Source: Balanoglossus misakiensis
Taxonomy: Eukaryota > Animalia > Hemichordata
DNA: 64,000 nt
Reading direction: 5' to 3'
NCBI GenBank assembly: GCA_040954595.2
Contig: CM082589.2
Location: 4,602,213-4,666,212 of the forward strand
Below the pieces are notes generated by a model. The model saw nothing but the letters and a program-made list of their open reading frames with translations. It was not told the DNA's origin and made no database searches. Below are positions 35,762-49,568 of the stretch, piece by piece; position 1 is the stretch's first letter; every line of letters begins with the position of its first letter. Both the position numbers and the translations under genes were made by a program.

Positions 35762-38700
35762 CGGTGCTTCGCTGAAATCGGAAACCCGTGTGTGGTTTCT
35801 CTGCTTTTCTTCCGACCGCTGGTGGCGTTCGTCACAATGTTACCAAGGGGCTCGTAAGTTGTCCCTGCAAGAAGTTCTGTTCTGCTCTTGCATCGCAGTA
35901 AATGATCAGCTCTGCGAAAAAAATCGACACGCGTATATATGATTGCTTTCTGATGAGTTCTGGAACAAGGCTTGGATTTTTTCAACATCTGATTTTGATC
36001 GAACGAATCTTCTATGAACGCTTTGACGCGAGTGACTATATACTGTCGCCCGGTGTGCATGGTTTGGCGTGAAATATTAACAATACGAGTACGTGTTCTG
36101 ACCTTGTGGAGGGTTTCCATTACAGAAGACCTTACTGGCGACAATCTTCGATCTGTTGATCTATTGAAAAGATTTGTCAATTTCAAGAGACTTTTGCTTG
36201 TGATGACGTGGACATCAAAAATTATCTCCCAGTATTCCCCGTGACCGCTACCACCAACAGGCGACTAATAGCTAGTGACAAGTATTATGAAATGCTTTAT
36301 TTCAGACAAGACTCGACCTTTTCCCTGGTGCCTATCTTGTGACAGGTATGATGCGCGCCGAAATGACTCACGCAATATATGCGCTTATATCTGTCTTGCT
36401 AATAACATCAATTTGTCGTTTAAATCGTTGATTCAGGCATTTTTAAATTGAAAGGGATAAAATTTATGTACAACGTAAATGACTTCAACTAACCATCAGG
36501 GCCAGTTTGAGTAGGTCTATCGGGTTAATTACGTTAGTATTTGGGTATTAGTCCAAAATATATGTCACCTGACAAGCCGTAGATAACTAGAAAACTACTT
36601 TTCAAACTGTGTACAAGTTTCAACATTGCTCTGTTACACAAAGATAATTTTGTATTTTCCTACTGAGTCGCAGTGGTGAGTTCGACCTACCGTGTAGGCG
36701 GTCATTTTGAAAAGGAACACTGGGGTACTGACATGTATGCGACCCGCTGTTTTCAAATATTATCTCCGGCATTTCTACTGTAGATTAGTCTTGTGGTTTT
36801 TCATAGAGCTTCCCTGCTTTAGGTTTGACTAAAAATATTAAGCAGAAAAGAAGTATATTAAATTCATAGCACAGTCCCTATAGAGGGACAGTGTGCTCCA
36901 TAGTGTATTCAAATTTTCAGATACAAGCAACAGTATTAGGAGAGTTACTTCTCTTCCGTGAGGTATGGCAAGAGTGTTTGTGATTTTGCGTATAGTTCAT
37001 CATCGTAGAAGTTATATAGACATTCAAATAGAAGTTGTTACCTAAGAAAAACGGAATTATCGTTTGATTAGTTGCTGACTTGTCATATACATGAACCTTT
37101 GGAATATAGCCAGGATTGTACGTGACTAATAAGTTGAAGCAAAGATCTAGAGACTTACGGTGCGATATGGAGTACAGCAAAACATGGCGAATGAACCAAG
37201 CGTAGTGTGCTGTAACTTAAAACGAACACAGAACTTTGAATGCAAAACCAGGATTATATGCCTGCTATACGATGCGCCGGGGAAACGGCATTATTATCAC
37301 GAGGAATGTGTACCGAAGACTGAAAGGGAACTGCGTTATATACAACCGGTGACGTGCGCGTACTGCATGTATCCCGCCGTTTGTTGCTTGGGATTTGTCA
37401 ATTTGAAAGGTAACGATGCTAATTGATGACGACCAATTTCAAGCTATGTGTAGGCGACTCTGTTAGCCATCCGTGCTGCATCCTGGGAAACGTGCCGGTT
37501 TAGAGATTCGGTTTTCTCATTGTATTACTTACATAGCGTTCAACAACGAATTTGACTTTATCATGTAATGCATGAGCTGTTGGTGGTTTTTCCTGTAAAT
37601 AAAAGATTTGTCTAATTTTGTACAGAATCTCGTTTCTTGCCGTCGGTGGCGCTATGCATTGTCCGGGTTGAGGGATCCAGTCACGCCCTTACAATTTCGA
37701 GAGATGGAGACAACTGTGCCAAGACGCGCACGGTAAGTTGTTTAAAATAATGGATTTAGTATTTTTATACATATGGCGTCACGGTTATCGGTTACGTGAA
37801 GCTAGATTCAACTAGATGGGGTAACTGGGAATGTTAATGTTATGTAAAAATTGACGTCAACCTGAAACAAACGCAATGTCTCAGTGTCTAAGAGCACACA
37901 ATGCGTCACGTTAATGATGTCGACGCATGTTTTGAAAGATGGCAAATAGCAGTTTATGAGGTTCAAGGTTGGAACTAGCACTGCGACAATCGTGAGCCAA
38001 ATTCGCACTCGCGCTTTGAATGTTTTTGGTTATAGGTTCTGGTTAGTGCAGCGTAGAGAATCACTGGATAATCTTCATTGCATCGCCTCTCGTGAATTTG
38101 TAAACGCCCTCATAGGCGAAACCTCCGGGTAGAATACAAGTACATGTACACATATATGCACACACTGCCATGCCTAAACGTTTTGCTGTTTGGGGCTTAC
38201 TCACATTTTTTTTGAAGCGTCTCGTCCACAAATGCTGGTCATCCCTGAGATTATAACGTCCCGTCTTATCGTTACCTAATGGCTTCGCGTGACGTCTTTG
38301 CTCCCGTTTCACACATAGTAAATTGGCCCTTCAGTCCATTAGCGTTTATCCTCGATAACGACATATCGGAACTCAACGATAGCCGGGCGGGCATGCACGG
38401 TCTTCCGGTAATTACACCATCATTCGGTTTCATTCCACGGCTTCTTGCAGCGGATTCCAATATGAGTTCAGCCACTCGTGTGGAGAATGACTGACAAAAT
38501 AATCAGTCGATTGGCAATTATATTTTGTCAACGTACATGTATTTCGCTGCTTGTAGTACACGATGGTTTTACTTAAATTAACATTGCAGCCCTGGCGAGA
38601 AAAACGTTGGCCGAAAAGTACTTGAATACAGCGCAATATTGGTTTAATAATGTTTTTACTTTGTTCTCTAAATAAGCCTACGACGGTGATGATTTGAGTT

Positions 38701-40773
38701 TTCCGTCCGTCTTAACGCTATCGCTTCTCGGTTGCTTATCTGCCTACACTTGTCGGTTGTCGACCTTTCAAAATATCATCAAGGTAAAGGAGACGATTTG
38801 ACGCATTTTAAAAACAGAATGACGATAATTTCGTCGATGTAAACAACTTGAAGAGTTATCGTATCGGCAACCGCATTCCTTTAAAGGGTTAGTAAAGCGC
38901 GCGGACAGCTGTTGATGGGTTTCAAACGTCATAAGGAGCCTGACTTTCAGAAATTATAACCGGGATAGTTTTTTGAAGGTCTCCGTTCAGTGATAATTTT
39001 CTGCGTCTGTCCATACCAAAGATATTATAGCGTCTCATTTCCTTAGCGTTTACGTGTTGCCTGGCAACCGAACGTTGTGATTACTTGTCAACACAGAGGC
39101 GTCAAGTGTCAGAAAAAAATAACGATTTCCGTGGTTTACTTCTCCCAAGACATACGTATTTCTGCAAAATTTGCAATATTACTTTCCGCGTCATTTCTTA
39201 CGTCACCAGGCTGCGCTGACGTGAGGAGAAATCGCCGTGGGTATGTTGGCGCGTCATCGCATATATAGTTTCCACTTCGATTTTATTTGTGACGCGCTAT
39301 TTGTAACAGTATCAAGTGACATATGCACGTGGAAATCGCTTTCTTTACCAATCTCACGTTTTTGCTTATAATACACCGATCGAATGTGATTTTTATTGGC
39401 GAGGCACTGTACCTGAATTTTCCAAATATTAAAAATCAAAATGGCGGCCCACAACTCTTCGCGACCTCTGAGAGTGATTTAAAATTGACGATTTCTCACG
39501 CAGGACTCTCTTATTCCTTGTAGTTTACAAAGCGATACGGCACAAGCTTTAAAGGGCCCCATTTGTCATGAAAATGTCTCCCAGAAGTGCCTTCTACCGT
39601 CGGTTCCTGAGTGGTCTGTGGAGCTCTCTGACACGGCGCTGCCATACATCACGACACGCTGTCAGGTTTATGCTTTCTCAGAGGACCAAGTATTAGTAGT
39701 CGCCCAAATAGTGCGCGCTATGGAGATTGTCGAACGCAAGGTCTGTAATATAAGACACATTAGCGTGTGATTTACCACCGACTTGTTTACATGTATGTCC
39801 TCATTATGTTACTCTGAATTAGGATTTTTCATCGTTCATGTTGTTGTTAAAGAAAAAAAACATGACCATTTAAGACAACGATATTCAAGCACTGTCGCTA
39901 GTAAGTATAGGACATGGTTTGCGTGAACACGTGCCACGTTTGTCGGTTCTTGCTGCAACTTTTTGAGACACTGCTACGTGCACTGTAACAGCTTAGAAGA
40001 GACCCAGCATACACCGTCACAGTTCCATTTATAGTTTCATAAAGCCTTTAATAAGCTAATTAAGCAATACAATATGAACGAGGACGCGTCTCAATTAATT
40101 AGAGTTTAAATTAATTTCTAACAATATGCACTTCTATTGATGAATATTTTCGCTGTTGTATCTTCTATTGAAACTCCAACGTCCGTTTCGGATACGGCAA
40201 GCATGGCTACAGACATCAAATGAATAAAACCTCTTAGTCTCATTAGGATGGTCATGGTGACTGAACTCATCAATTGCTGCGGGATAAATATAGTTACATT
40301 TATTTCTCCCATCAGTGAATATTTATTTATGTGACCTCTTCATGACATGTTGTAAATCATACTGACACAGGGTGCCAGTGTCTAACCAAGAGAATGTATA
40401 AGCGTGACTAAAACATGCAATTCTTGCAAAATGATGTAACAGAGTCAAGTTTTGACATGGCCGTCAAGTAAAAATAACCACAAGTTGTTAAAGTTGGTCA
40501 GGCAGAGTGTGTACGTTCTGATAAGAAAAATGTGCACAGAGACGAGGTTTAGTTGTGTGGTTGACTACAAATAAGCAGCGGAAATTATCATTTTACCTCT
40601 CCTGTTTACGAGGAATCCGCTCTAAATCGACCAGCGCGTGCGCTGTTTTGTCGTAAACACGATCGTTTGACGACAAACTGGATTAATTTTGTCGCGTGAC
40701 CCGAGCTGCGGCGAGGTCAGGAGCATAAATTTTTAATGTTATCACACTTTGTTTGCTTTCCCCGTTGCAGCCG

Positions 40774-40780
40774 TATATAA
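40774..40780 (+). promoter_or_regulatory. Candidate TATA box of gene 8
   Basis: TATATAA followed by Inr-like CCAGTT/TCACT and a CpG-rich leader, about 220 nt before the ATG at 41003. Confidence 0.45.
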
Positions 40781-41002
40781 CGACTCGGCTCCAGTTATCA
40801 CTCGGCTCGTGATCGCTCGACTGGGTAGCCGCATTCCCCAAAGGACTCAAGTATTCAACCTCACTGTCCTACATTGCGTTCCGACACCGGCAGCTCATAC
40901 TGCACTACTACACACACGCACACGCTTCGTCGGTCGTTGGGCGAGCTGACACCAAGATCTATACGTGGAAAAAAATAATTTGGCCCTTTCTTGACAGAAG
41001 AT

Positions 41003-44000
41003 ATGGGTTGTTCGGGAAGCAAAGACGATGGTAAGTGCGAGTATTCATATAGTCTTTATAAAAATAATCACACCGACACGGATAGATTGCTGGCGTATGA
41101 AACCACATCGTTATTGCTGTTTTCCGCCATTGGAAAAATGTACGTTTATGGTGCGGTGACGGACCTATATTGACGCATATGGAATAGTCATTTTCAGGCT
41201 TGAGAACTTCATTTGCTTTAGCTGTTGTATAAAACAATATGTTAATTCAGCAGCATTGATCTCTGTGAGTAGTGTAAGCATTATCGAGCTTAGCCACGAA
41301 ATAGCTAGCATACCACCGGCCCTCTACGGGTATGTCAGCTTTATCGCTAAGCCGACAAGTCATGCAGACTGGTCGTGCCACTTGCAAGGCCTGTGAAGTC
41401 TCAGCTCATCGTGGTACATGTACGTCTTGCAAGAACTGTGACACAGATAGTGTATATACAATTTCAACCGGCGAGAGCAGTCATTGCAGAAACACCAACG
41501 ACAAGCGGCGATAACTCGATATTGCCCGGGGATTCATCATCATATTGAGCCAATTAGCTTTCGACAAATATTTACTTTCTTAAAGAGCGATCGCTGCTCC
41601 ACTGCAAGCGAAGGCGGTGAATTTTACAATTGATAATATTAATGAACTATACTTCGGAGGTCAGCGTACAGCACTGCATGGTTTATGTACAATCTGTATG
41701 CTTATATTGAAAGGCCTCAACTCACTGTTTGTGATGCGTCAATAACTCGCATAAAAAACGAGTTTCTGCAATAAAACAAAGCAAATGGGGACTTGCGTTG
41801 TTTACAGTCGATCGTTTACGGTTAAAGAGACGAAGAGACGAGCACATTGAGTTCAAATAACGCAGTGATCCTTCAAGTGGCTTTTATGGGGTCAAGTGCA
41901 AGAATTACACGAACGCTTTGTCGCTGACATTTTCTGGAAGAAAACTTTCCCTTTCTATTGTTTCAGGACTTCAGTACGTTAATCAGTTGTCACAAAACTT
42001 TGACTTTAAATTTGATGGCTCTTGGAAGTATATGTAAGCTAGACGGTTTTTTACTGACTGAAATTCCTGCTTACTTGTTTCAAGCACGCTGCGGCCATCC
42101 CCGTGACTCTCATACAGTATCAATCAATTCGCCTGGTTTACCCGTCGCCCATTTTAGAAATATATATCTCTCATCGTATCCAAGGCAAAATACAAATGAC
42201 TCTCATTGCTTAAGTATTTGTTTTGTGGGAGATTATCCCCCTGAGCCCAAGAAAGTCTTTTGTCATTGAAACGTTTAGCTTCAATTAGGGCATTCTCCTC
42301 TCTTGTCATTTATTTTCCACGTTGCAATTATTCCGTGAGATTGGTTCCATGTACGTCGCTGTCAATGTTTATCGTGACAAATTATGAGAGAGGTAAATCG
42401 CACTACTATTAGATACACGCTATGGAAAAGAAGAAAACCAGACATTCGACTAATCATGGTAAACAAGTTTTCGATAACTGAGAGAATAAAAAGCAGAGAC
42501 TTTAGACATTGTCAAAATTTGGAAGGAAAGACTGTAGCCGTTATATTGTTATGGTTTTTGGGCATTGGCTATTGAAAGTTATAGAAGTACATGTACTTTT
42601 TCACTTCTTCGAACAGGTGGACAAAGCTGCTTCACGCTCATTTTCGATAACATCTTTTTCCCCCTAGCGGTGCAACTCCAGTGCAGTATAGCGGTTCTCT
42701 GACTTCTGCGTCAGGGTTAAATAGGCACTGGAACGTCAGATTCATCGAACCCGTCAAACACGTGACCCCGGAAGTTGCATAATACGCATGCGTGCGTTTG
42801 CGTACTACATGTACATTGTCCGGCCGTTTCCCTTTGTCTTAGATGCTTGTACGCAGGGGTCAGTGAGCAGCCAAGTACACGGGCTGGTTTTTGCATCTGG
42901 CCATAAAAGTGGTGGACACAAATTTTGTGCGGAACTGCCTGCTTATTTTATTGATGATCGTTATGAATGATCATCACGACGCGAGGCAATCATAGACGTA
43001 TAGTTTTATCGCCGAATGAGTAATTCAGCCGTCACGACATATCAGCCTGCGCAGCTGTCGTAGATGATCAGCCACTCGACTATCACTCTGTTTCTTCGAT
43101 CTCGCCGTCCGCGCGGGTGATATGATAACCATTGACCCCTTTATCGCGTTCTGAAATCAGTTGTGCTGTGAGAGAATTCAACAGGGCGCACCTGCAAACA
43201 GCATCGGAATAGATGCGGTGACATTCAAATACAATCCGAAGGTCTAACCAACGTATTCTCACACATGCGTGTAACTATTTATATCAACTATGTCGTGCCT
43301 GCTAAGCGAGCTATCGTTTTTTTTTCCGGTTGGTTTGAGTCAAATTGGGGTCGGTCGTAAGTGACATGACCAGATTAGTACGAAATTGGCGATAATGGAA
43401 TTTAAGTATTCTGCGCATTCTCCCTGCAGTCGGCTCTATACGTAATCGCTGTTAAATTTCCTCCGCACAGATCGGTTTGAAACATAAGACGCGTGATATG
43501 GTTGCAACACGGCCACGAGGTATTACCTTATCTTGTAAGTAGTTACCGCATAAAATCCCGGTCAGGGCACGCAAACAGGGTATTAACACGCAGTCAACTT
43601 TATATTTGGGTTTAATTCTCATCTATCCAACTAGCCATCGATATATCAGCGAAGCATCCATTTTATCGGTCAATCGAAAGATAACTGAAATTAAGAGTCG
43701 ATTATAAATAATAATGGAAATATTTGCTATCACAACAGAGTGAGTGCATTTTCTCAACAATAGATATATCTTTGAACACCGACTTTCAGAATTACCTGTA
43801 GTAGCGGAAAACCTGATCATGCAATCTCATTCCCAGATTACGGGGATTCCAACCATGACAGCTGCTACCGATGGCCTACTGTGAAATTAACGACAGACAA
43901 TGCATCATAGAAATCGTTCATCACCAGAGCGCCTATAACTTGTCGTTTGTGAAGCAATATATCTTTCCGATCCGTTGCAGAATAAACAGAGATAGGAAAC

Positions 44001-46778
44001 TGTGAGATAAATTTCACTGATTAATTTCTCTCGTTGTGTTAGTTGTCCTATTCAACCGTTTACCGTTACCGGCGTACCTTTCTACGCTAACCGTTATCTT
44101 CCGGAGAGAGATGGCGATTCCTCTTTCAGAATTAACGATCGGTGATGTCGAACGGACATCCGGGGCGATCTGATCAATGCGCACCGGTCGCAGAGAATCG
44201 GAAGTAGCGTATTCTCCAGAGAAGTTCGAAATGTGTTATTCACGGTGTCTGGAGATGTACAGGAACTGAAGTTATTTATACAAATTCGTGCATAATTCAT
44301 CGACTTCCACTTGTTTTAAGAGCAATTTCCTGAGTTGTCTTACCTATAGGGTTTGCTTATCGCGTCTGTTATAATCAGCGCCGTTCCCATGGAACTGACT
44401 AAGATCAATTGACAAATTGATTTATTTCCTCATATGGTATTTAATGACTTTCGCGGTGTTTGCTAGCTTACAGTACTGGCGTATCACTGGCGTATAGTCG
44501 ACAAGTGGGTAGATATCAGATGACAAATTGTGACACTTGAGACAAAGGCGAAACTATAAAATAAAACAAAGTAAAATGAATTAAGTACGCGTATCAATTT
44601 TACCTTTGTATTCCCTGTTGTGTTGGAGGTATACCGTCATCTATAATTTACACATGCCATAGATTATGTAACACGTCGAGCCAAGAAGTTCTCAGAAGCA
44701 CGTGGTGACCCATTTTTCGCGTGACCCAAACCGTTGATTAGGGAACGAGCATAATTAACGGCAAGGGGACAATGAGAGAAAATGGGCTTGGGCCACATAC
44801 ATGTTAATTGTATACGTCCCCTTGGCTATTCATACAGTGGCCGTGGTATTGTGGGTGGAATTTTGACAGGTGGCCGTATGTATTGATGGCGGCGCATATG
44901 ATAAGGCAAACTCTTCAACTCGTGCTCATGTTGTACTCTTCGGGCTTTTACATTTAATAAACTCCTTGCACGGAAGAGGACGAACTTCTCCGGCCTAGGG
45001 GTGTAGGAAGAATAGTAATGGTCATCCTGTTTTGGACACCAGACAGACAGAACTAGAAGGACAGACCGACAGCCATAGATCTGACCGTGCATAAAAGAAT
45101 ATCTGTTCGGTTCGTCGACCCATTCTGTATCTTGACCTGGATTTCACATGAACTACTGGCGATGCTGTTCCGATTTCCCACAACATGATTGCCTTCATTT
45201 GTACTTCACGTGCTGTGTGGCTTCTTGTGTTGTTTCCATGGTAACATTCGCGGCTGCTGATATCACGTCAGTCGATTTATAACGTTCAATATTGGCACGA
45301 CCGCTGAATTCGATCCGAACGTTTGATGCCTTGACTGTAATTCAAACCGTCTGCTCCGATCAAAGCATGCGTGCAAGATTGCCGTTGACGGATGTACATC
45401 TCGGATACCCAGTGACTTTTCCAAACATTTGAAATTATGTATAAACCTTCAAAATTTGTTATTTGTCTTGTAAGCAGATGAATTCACGGTGTGCATTGAA
45501 AATAGGCATCCATCACATGACTCGCCTGAGTACACCGTATCGCGCAGAAACTAATTTCCAGTAAGTAAAATCGCCCGAGGCTTGAACAGTTTGCCCCGTG
45601 TTCTCCAATTTTAATAAAGGTAATATACTCCATGTGAACTCGACCTAAATGATAGCTTTCGCGTCACGCGTGGACTTATCTCCTTGGTTTCGAGGTTCTC
45701 CGGAAAGGAACGAAGATAGGCACGAATTATAGGGTTGTGAGTCTCGGGACCGGGAATGAATGTACGAGTTTAAAAACGACAGTAGTCTCTCATTAATACC
45801 CATGCCTTTCCCTCAACAATGGCGGAGTCTTGTTTTTCGCAGAACAGCTAAGACTGTTAACTCTGATTCACATCAATTTTTAACTCGTTCGCTGTTTTCA
45901 AAACAGCCTGCTGTTATTGACGTAATGGTGTCGCACTCATTTTTATACATAAAAAGCATAAAATTGGAGGCTGCATTAGTTCCACCTGACCGAGTGCAGA
46001 TTCATGTGGAGAATCATGAATCGCATACACAAAGCAGATCGCAATTACTGTATTGTGTGGAGTGTCGTCTGCACCAATAAGCCTATAACGCAAAACCAGA
46101 AAACAGATAGCTGTGTCCCACCAGAATTAAATTTTATTGCTATCAGAGAATTTCTAGTTCTGAGTTCAGATCAAATGTCGCGACGTGGTTCCACTTGCCC
46201 GAGCGCTGGCGGCGATCTTTCCGCATCATTTCACAACCCTATCCGTCGAGAGTATCACATTTGTACTTGTTTTTCCCCAACAACTCTTCACAGCCACGAT
46301 ACTGACAGCCTTTCTTTCTTGTGTGAGCTTATGTCGTGAGCACTTAAAAATCTGAAAAATACATGTAAAAGTAATCACGAGAGAAACTGACGCAGGGTCA
46401 TGGCTGCCAGTGCGTAAACTTCCTGGTAAACTTGCACGCTTCGTCGAGCTCGAGGCCAACACTGTTTCCTTGAATATGGATGTATATTACCCGAGTGTAC
46501 GATATGTCTTTACGAGAGTCATTAATTTATATTTATATTTAAAGCATCTTAATTTATATTTGTCCACAGTTCTGTCCGACCAGGAAGTAATGCAAGCTTT
46601 CCAGCAGTTCGACAAAGACGGCAACGGGTTTATCACTTCCGATGAGATTCAATTTGCAATCAAGAATTTAGGTCAAAGGTTCACCGAGGAGGAGTTAACG
46701 CTGATGATCCAAGGAATCGATGTGGACGGCGACGGAAGGGTCAACTATTCGGAGTTTATGCGAATATGGCGAACGTGA
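41003..46778 (+). CDS. Predicted N-acylated single-lobe (2-EF-hand) calmodulin-like microprotein, gene 8; join(41003..41030,46570..46778), 78 aa
   Basis: ATG GGT TGT TCG GGA AGC AAA GAC GAT G|gtaagt joins in phase 1 to cag|TT, giving MGCSGSKDDVLSDQEVMQAFQQFDKDGNGFITSDEIQFAIKNLGQRFTEEELTLMIQGIDVDGDGRVNYSEFMRIWRT*. No other EF-hand exon seen in the 5.5-kb intron or downstream. Confidence 0.8.
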
Positions 46779-49090
46779 CTGAGATATTCCAATATGGCCA
46801 CCGCGTCTGATGTCGCGGAGTACTACTGTTTGCGCATGCACTGAAATGGTGTAAGCTGATTGGTTGATTTGACAAGTCGGGGTCGTGTCAACGTGCGCGC
46901 GACACCAAATGTCACTTTACCATGTGATGAAAGGGGCGCTCTGTTCTGCGCCTATTTCAATGGGTGTTCTTACGAGAACTGAACAGCAAGATCAAAATTT
47001 GTTTGATCATTACTGTTAAAAACGGATTTGAATTTGGCGGGTTCCACGATGGAAAATTTACAAAACTTGTCTTTTTGTTATCCGCCAAAGATATTTACAT
47101 TGTTTTGTTTTATGAAAAACACGTAAATTAAGTATATTGCGTTGATCTGTTTCTGCTTTATATTTGGAGTTTTACCACACAACTAAGAATATTTCCGACG
47201 TCATAAATTGTCTTAAGAATATTCACATATCTCACAATTGCTGTGGTTTTAATTCAATTTTCTGTGCACCATTTAACCAATATGTTTGTTTCATTTGTGA
47301 GGTCAATTGTGTTGACTGTCGACAAGACTTTTAAACATTTTAATTGAGATAGGCCCACTAGTATTTGATATACGAGTCTAGTTCCATAATGTAGTAGTTG
47401 ACGTGTTGCCAGTTTACCGTTTCGTATTGCTCTACGCGCTTGAAGGTAGATGAATAGCGCAAGACAGCAAGTCAGGTAGTTCAACACATAGCTGGAGGCA
47501 GATAATTCATTTGGTCTCGCTGCCTGGGTTTAGCGATGAACGGTATTTGGGACAAGTTGTATGGAGACGAGAACTCCGCCATCAATCAGCTCAAAAAAAC
47601 ACTGTCACCCACTTTTAAGGAAGTTACATTTCATCATAACTTCGATAACCTTGTTTACCATTTTCAAGTTCGTCTTTTAGACACACCTTTCTTTAAAAAA
47701 TCACGTCAAATTTCAAGCGTGGAGTCGTGTGCCACTAAATTTATACAATTAGCATCTGGTGTTCGGAAGACGTTCTTGTTCAACCATGTTGTCGTCGATC
47801 ACGTTTTAGTTTTCCTTGACGCCAACCCGCTTGGGAGAAGGAGTCGTTGCAGTCTACATACTCTCGTGTGTTTTCTTCATCTCGGAGAAGGCGAGAACCC
47901 GAGGGCCGAAGGAATGCGTCGTTCACGTGGTGAGCAAATGTGCCATTCGTGATACAAGTTTGCGTCTCCTGTGTGTTCAGAGGGAAATGACACCAAGACC
48001 TGTGGTGCAGTTGGTATATCATCGCCGCGCACCACAGTCATCAATTCATGGTGTCGGAATGCAACGTAGAAACCGAGACGTTGGAAACATATATGTTACC
48101 AACTCCATCTGTTGTGTTGGCATTTTCTAGAGTCTCAATAGGCGTCAGTGTTACGGTTCCTGCTGTTGTTGTGTTTTATACTTATCAATTGGAAGAATAC
48201 GACTCTTACATATGCTTGATACGCAGCGTGCATTACGGACATTTCGGAGTTTTTCCCGTATTTCACATCGACAATATTGGCGCCACGTAGAACAGAGTAA
48301 AATCAAGATATTGTACGTTTGGTTTATTAATAATGTATACATCCATTTATTATAACAGAATAAAATATACTGTAAATTTAAAAGAAATAAAGAAAACGGT
48401 TATCCATTTACAAATGTCCATTCTGCGATTACCATGTAGTAATAATATCAGTAGAACTATGGGACACAGAGAAGAAACTCGACCTGGTTTTTTGGCAAGA
48501 GTTACTTTATCCTGCCCACACTGTGTGACATATCGTACAGCTGTCACAAACATTTCGAGATATTAGCATACGCATCACATCTAGCTCCGTGTCGACTCGG
48601 GGGGGACACCAGGTCAATGACAAATATCGCAAGTCGACCAATAAGTCCCCCCTGGAGCTCGATCACGGCAAGTCGAGGTTACTGAGCGGACGCATGACAA
48701 TGAGTGGAATAAACAAGGCGATATAAATTTGAGGAAGCTCGTTTTCAATGACGTCGCTTAGTGTCATTAAGCGACCTATAGAATTCGCGCATCTTTTCAG
48801 GCGCAGTCGACCAGCTTTAAAGAGAAATCGACTCTCATAGAAACTGAACTAGTCAGAAGCTTTGTACGCGTCACGTTTTCTCCAGTTTCTTTTCTTTATT
48901 AAGCGCATCATTGTCGGATACAATCTATTTGTGTTAGACGTGTGTATTGTGGGCTCCCCTTGCTTGCTCGACATTATCGTGGCCGAGTCTCGTCGACTCG
49001 GATTGCTGTATACCGTTCCTCAATACTACAAAATTATTGGTGGTGTCATCATTAAACCTCCAGCACCGTCTGCGTAAGATATACTGTACA

Positions 49091-49568
49091 TGTCGTAGGT
49101 GGCGACATTTAAAAATCCCGAACAGAGATTACTGACCGCATGTCTGACCTGATTCTCAATCTCTCTGCCGTACTACCAACAGGTGTCAATAGTCTGGCGC
49201 GTTTTCAATAGATATTTAGATTTTAGGTCTTTTCTGTAAACAAGTGAGGGGTCATCGTCTGGGTCAACGTACGTTCTCTGCAGCGGCCACGTTGCACACC
49301 CCTTTCCAATAGTGCATAGCGTAATTGACCAATCACAAGTGCTGTGGTATTCCTGTTTCAGGTGAGTGGAAAGTACTGACCAATCAGAGTTGTCGGATCT
49401 AAACAATGACGATCGCTGCCTATAACTAATTTTAGCTGACACCGTAACTCTAATTTAAATACATACCAGACAATTCGCACCTGTTGTGCAGAGATTGAGA
49501 AATAGGTCAGACACACGGCCATAAGAGCTCCGCCTGTTCGGGGTTTTTAAATGTCGCCACCGACGGCA
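49091..49568. mobile_element. MITE-like element with ~80-95-bp imperfect terminal inverted repeats
   Basis: TGTCGTAGGTGGCGACATTTAAAAATCCCGAACAG..TGTCTGACCT..TTCTCAATCTCT (49091-49168) matches the reverse complement of 49488-49568; the ORF track shows CRRWRHLK on both strands. Confidence 0.7.

Noticed and set aside
439-46778. Calling any of these genes true calmodulin, troponin C or centrin
   Set aside because: All are far too divergent from near-invariant metazoan calmodulin and have a different intron layout; no gene symbol assigned.
47536-47952. 138-aa ORF downstream of gene 8
   Set aside because: No recognisable domain or EF loop and no convincing splice context; probably 3' UTR or intergenic.
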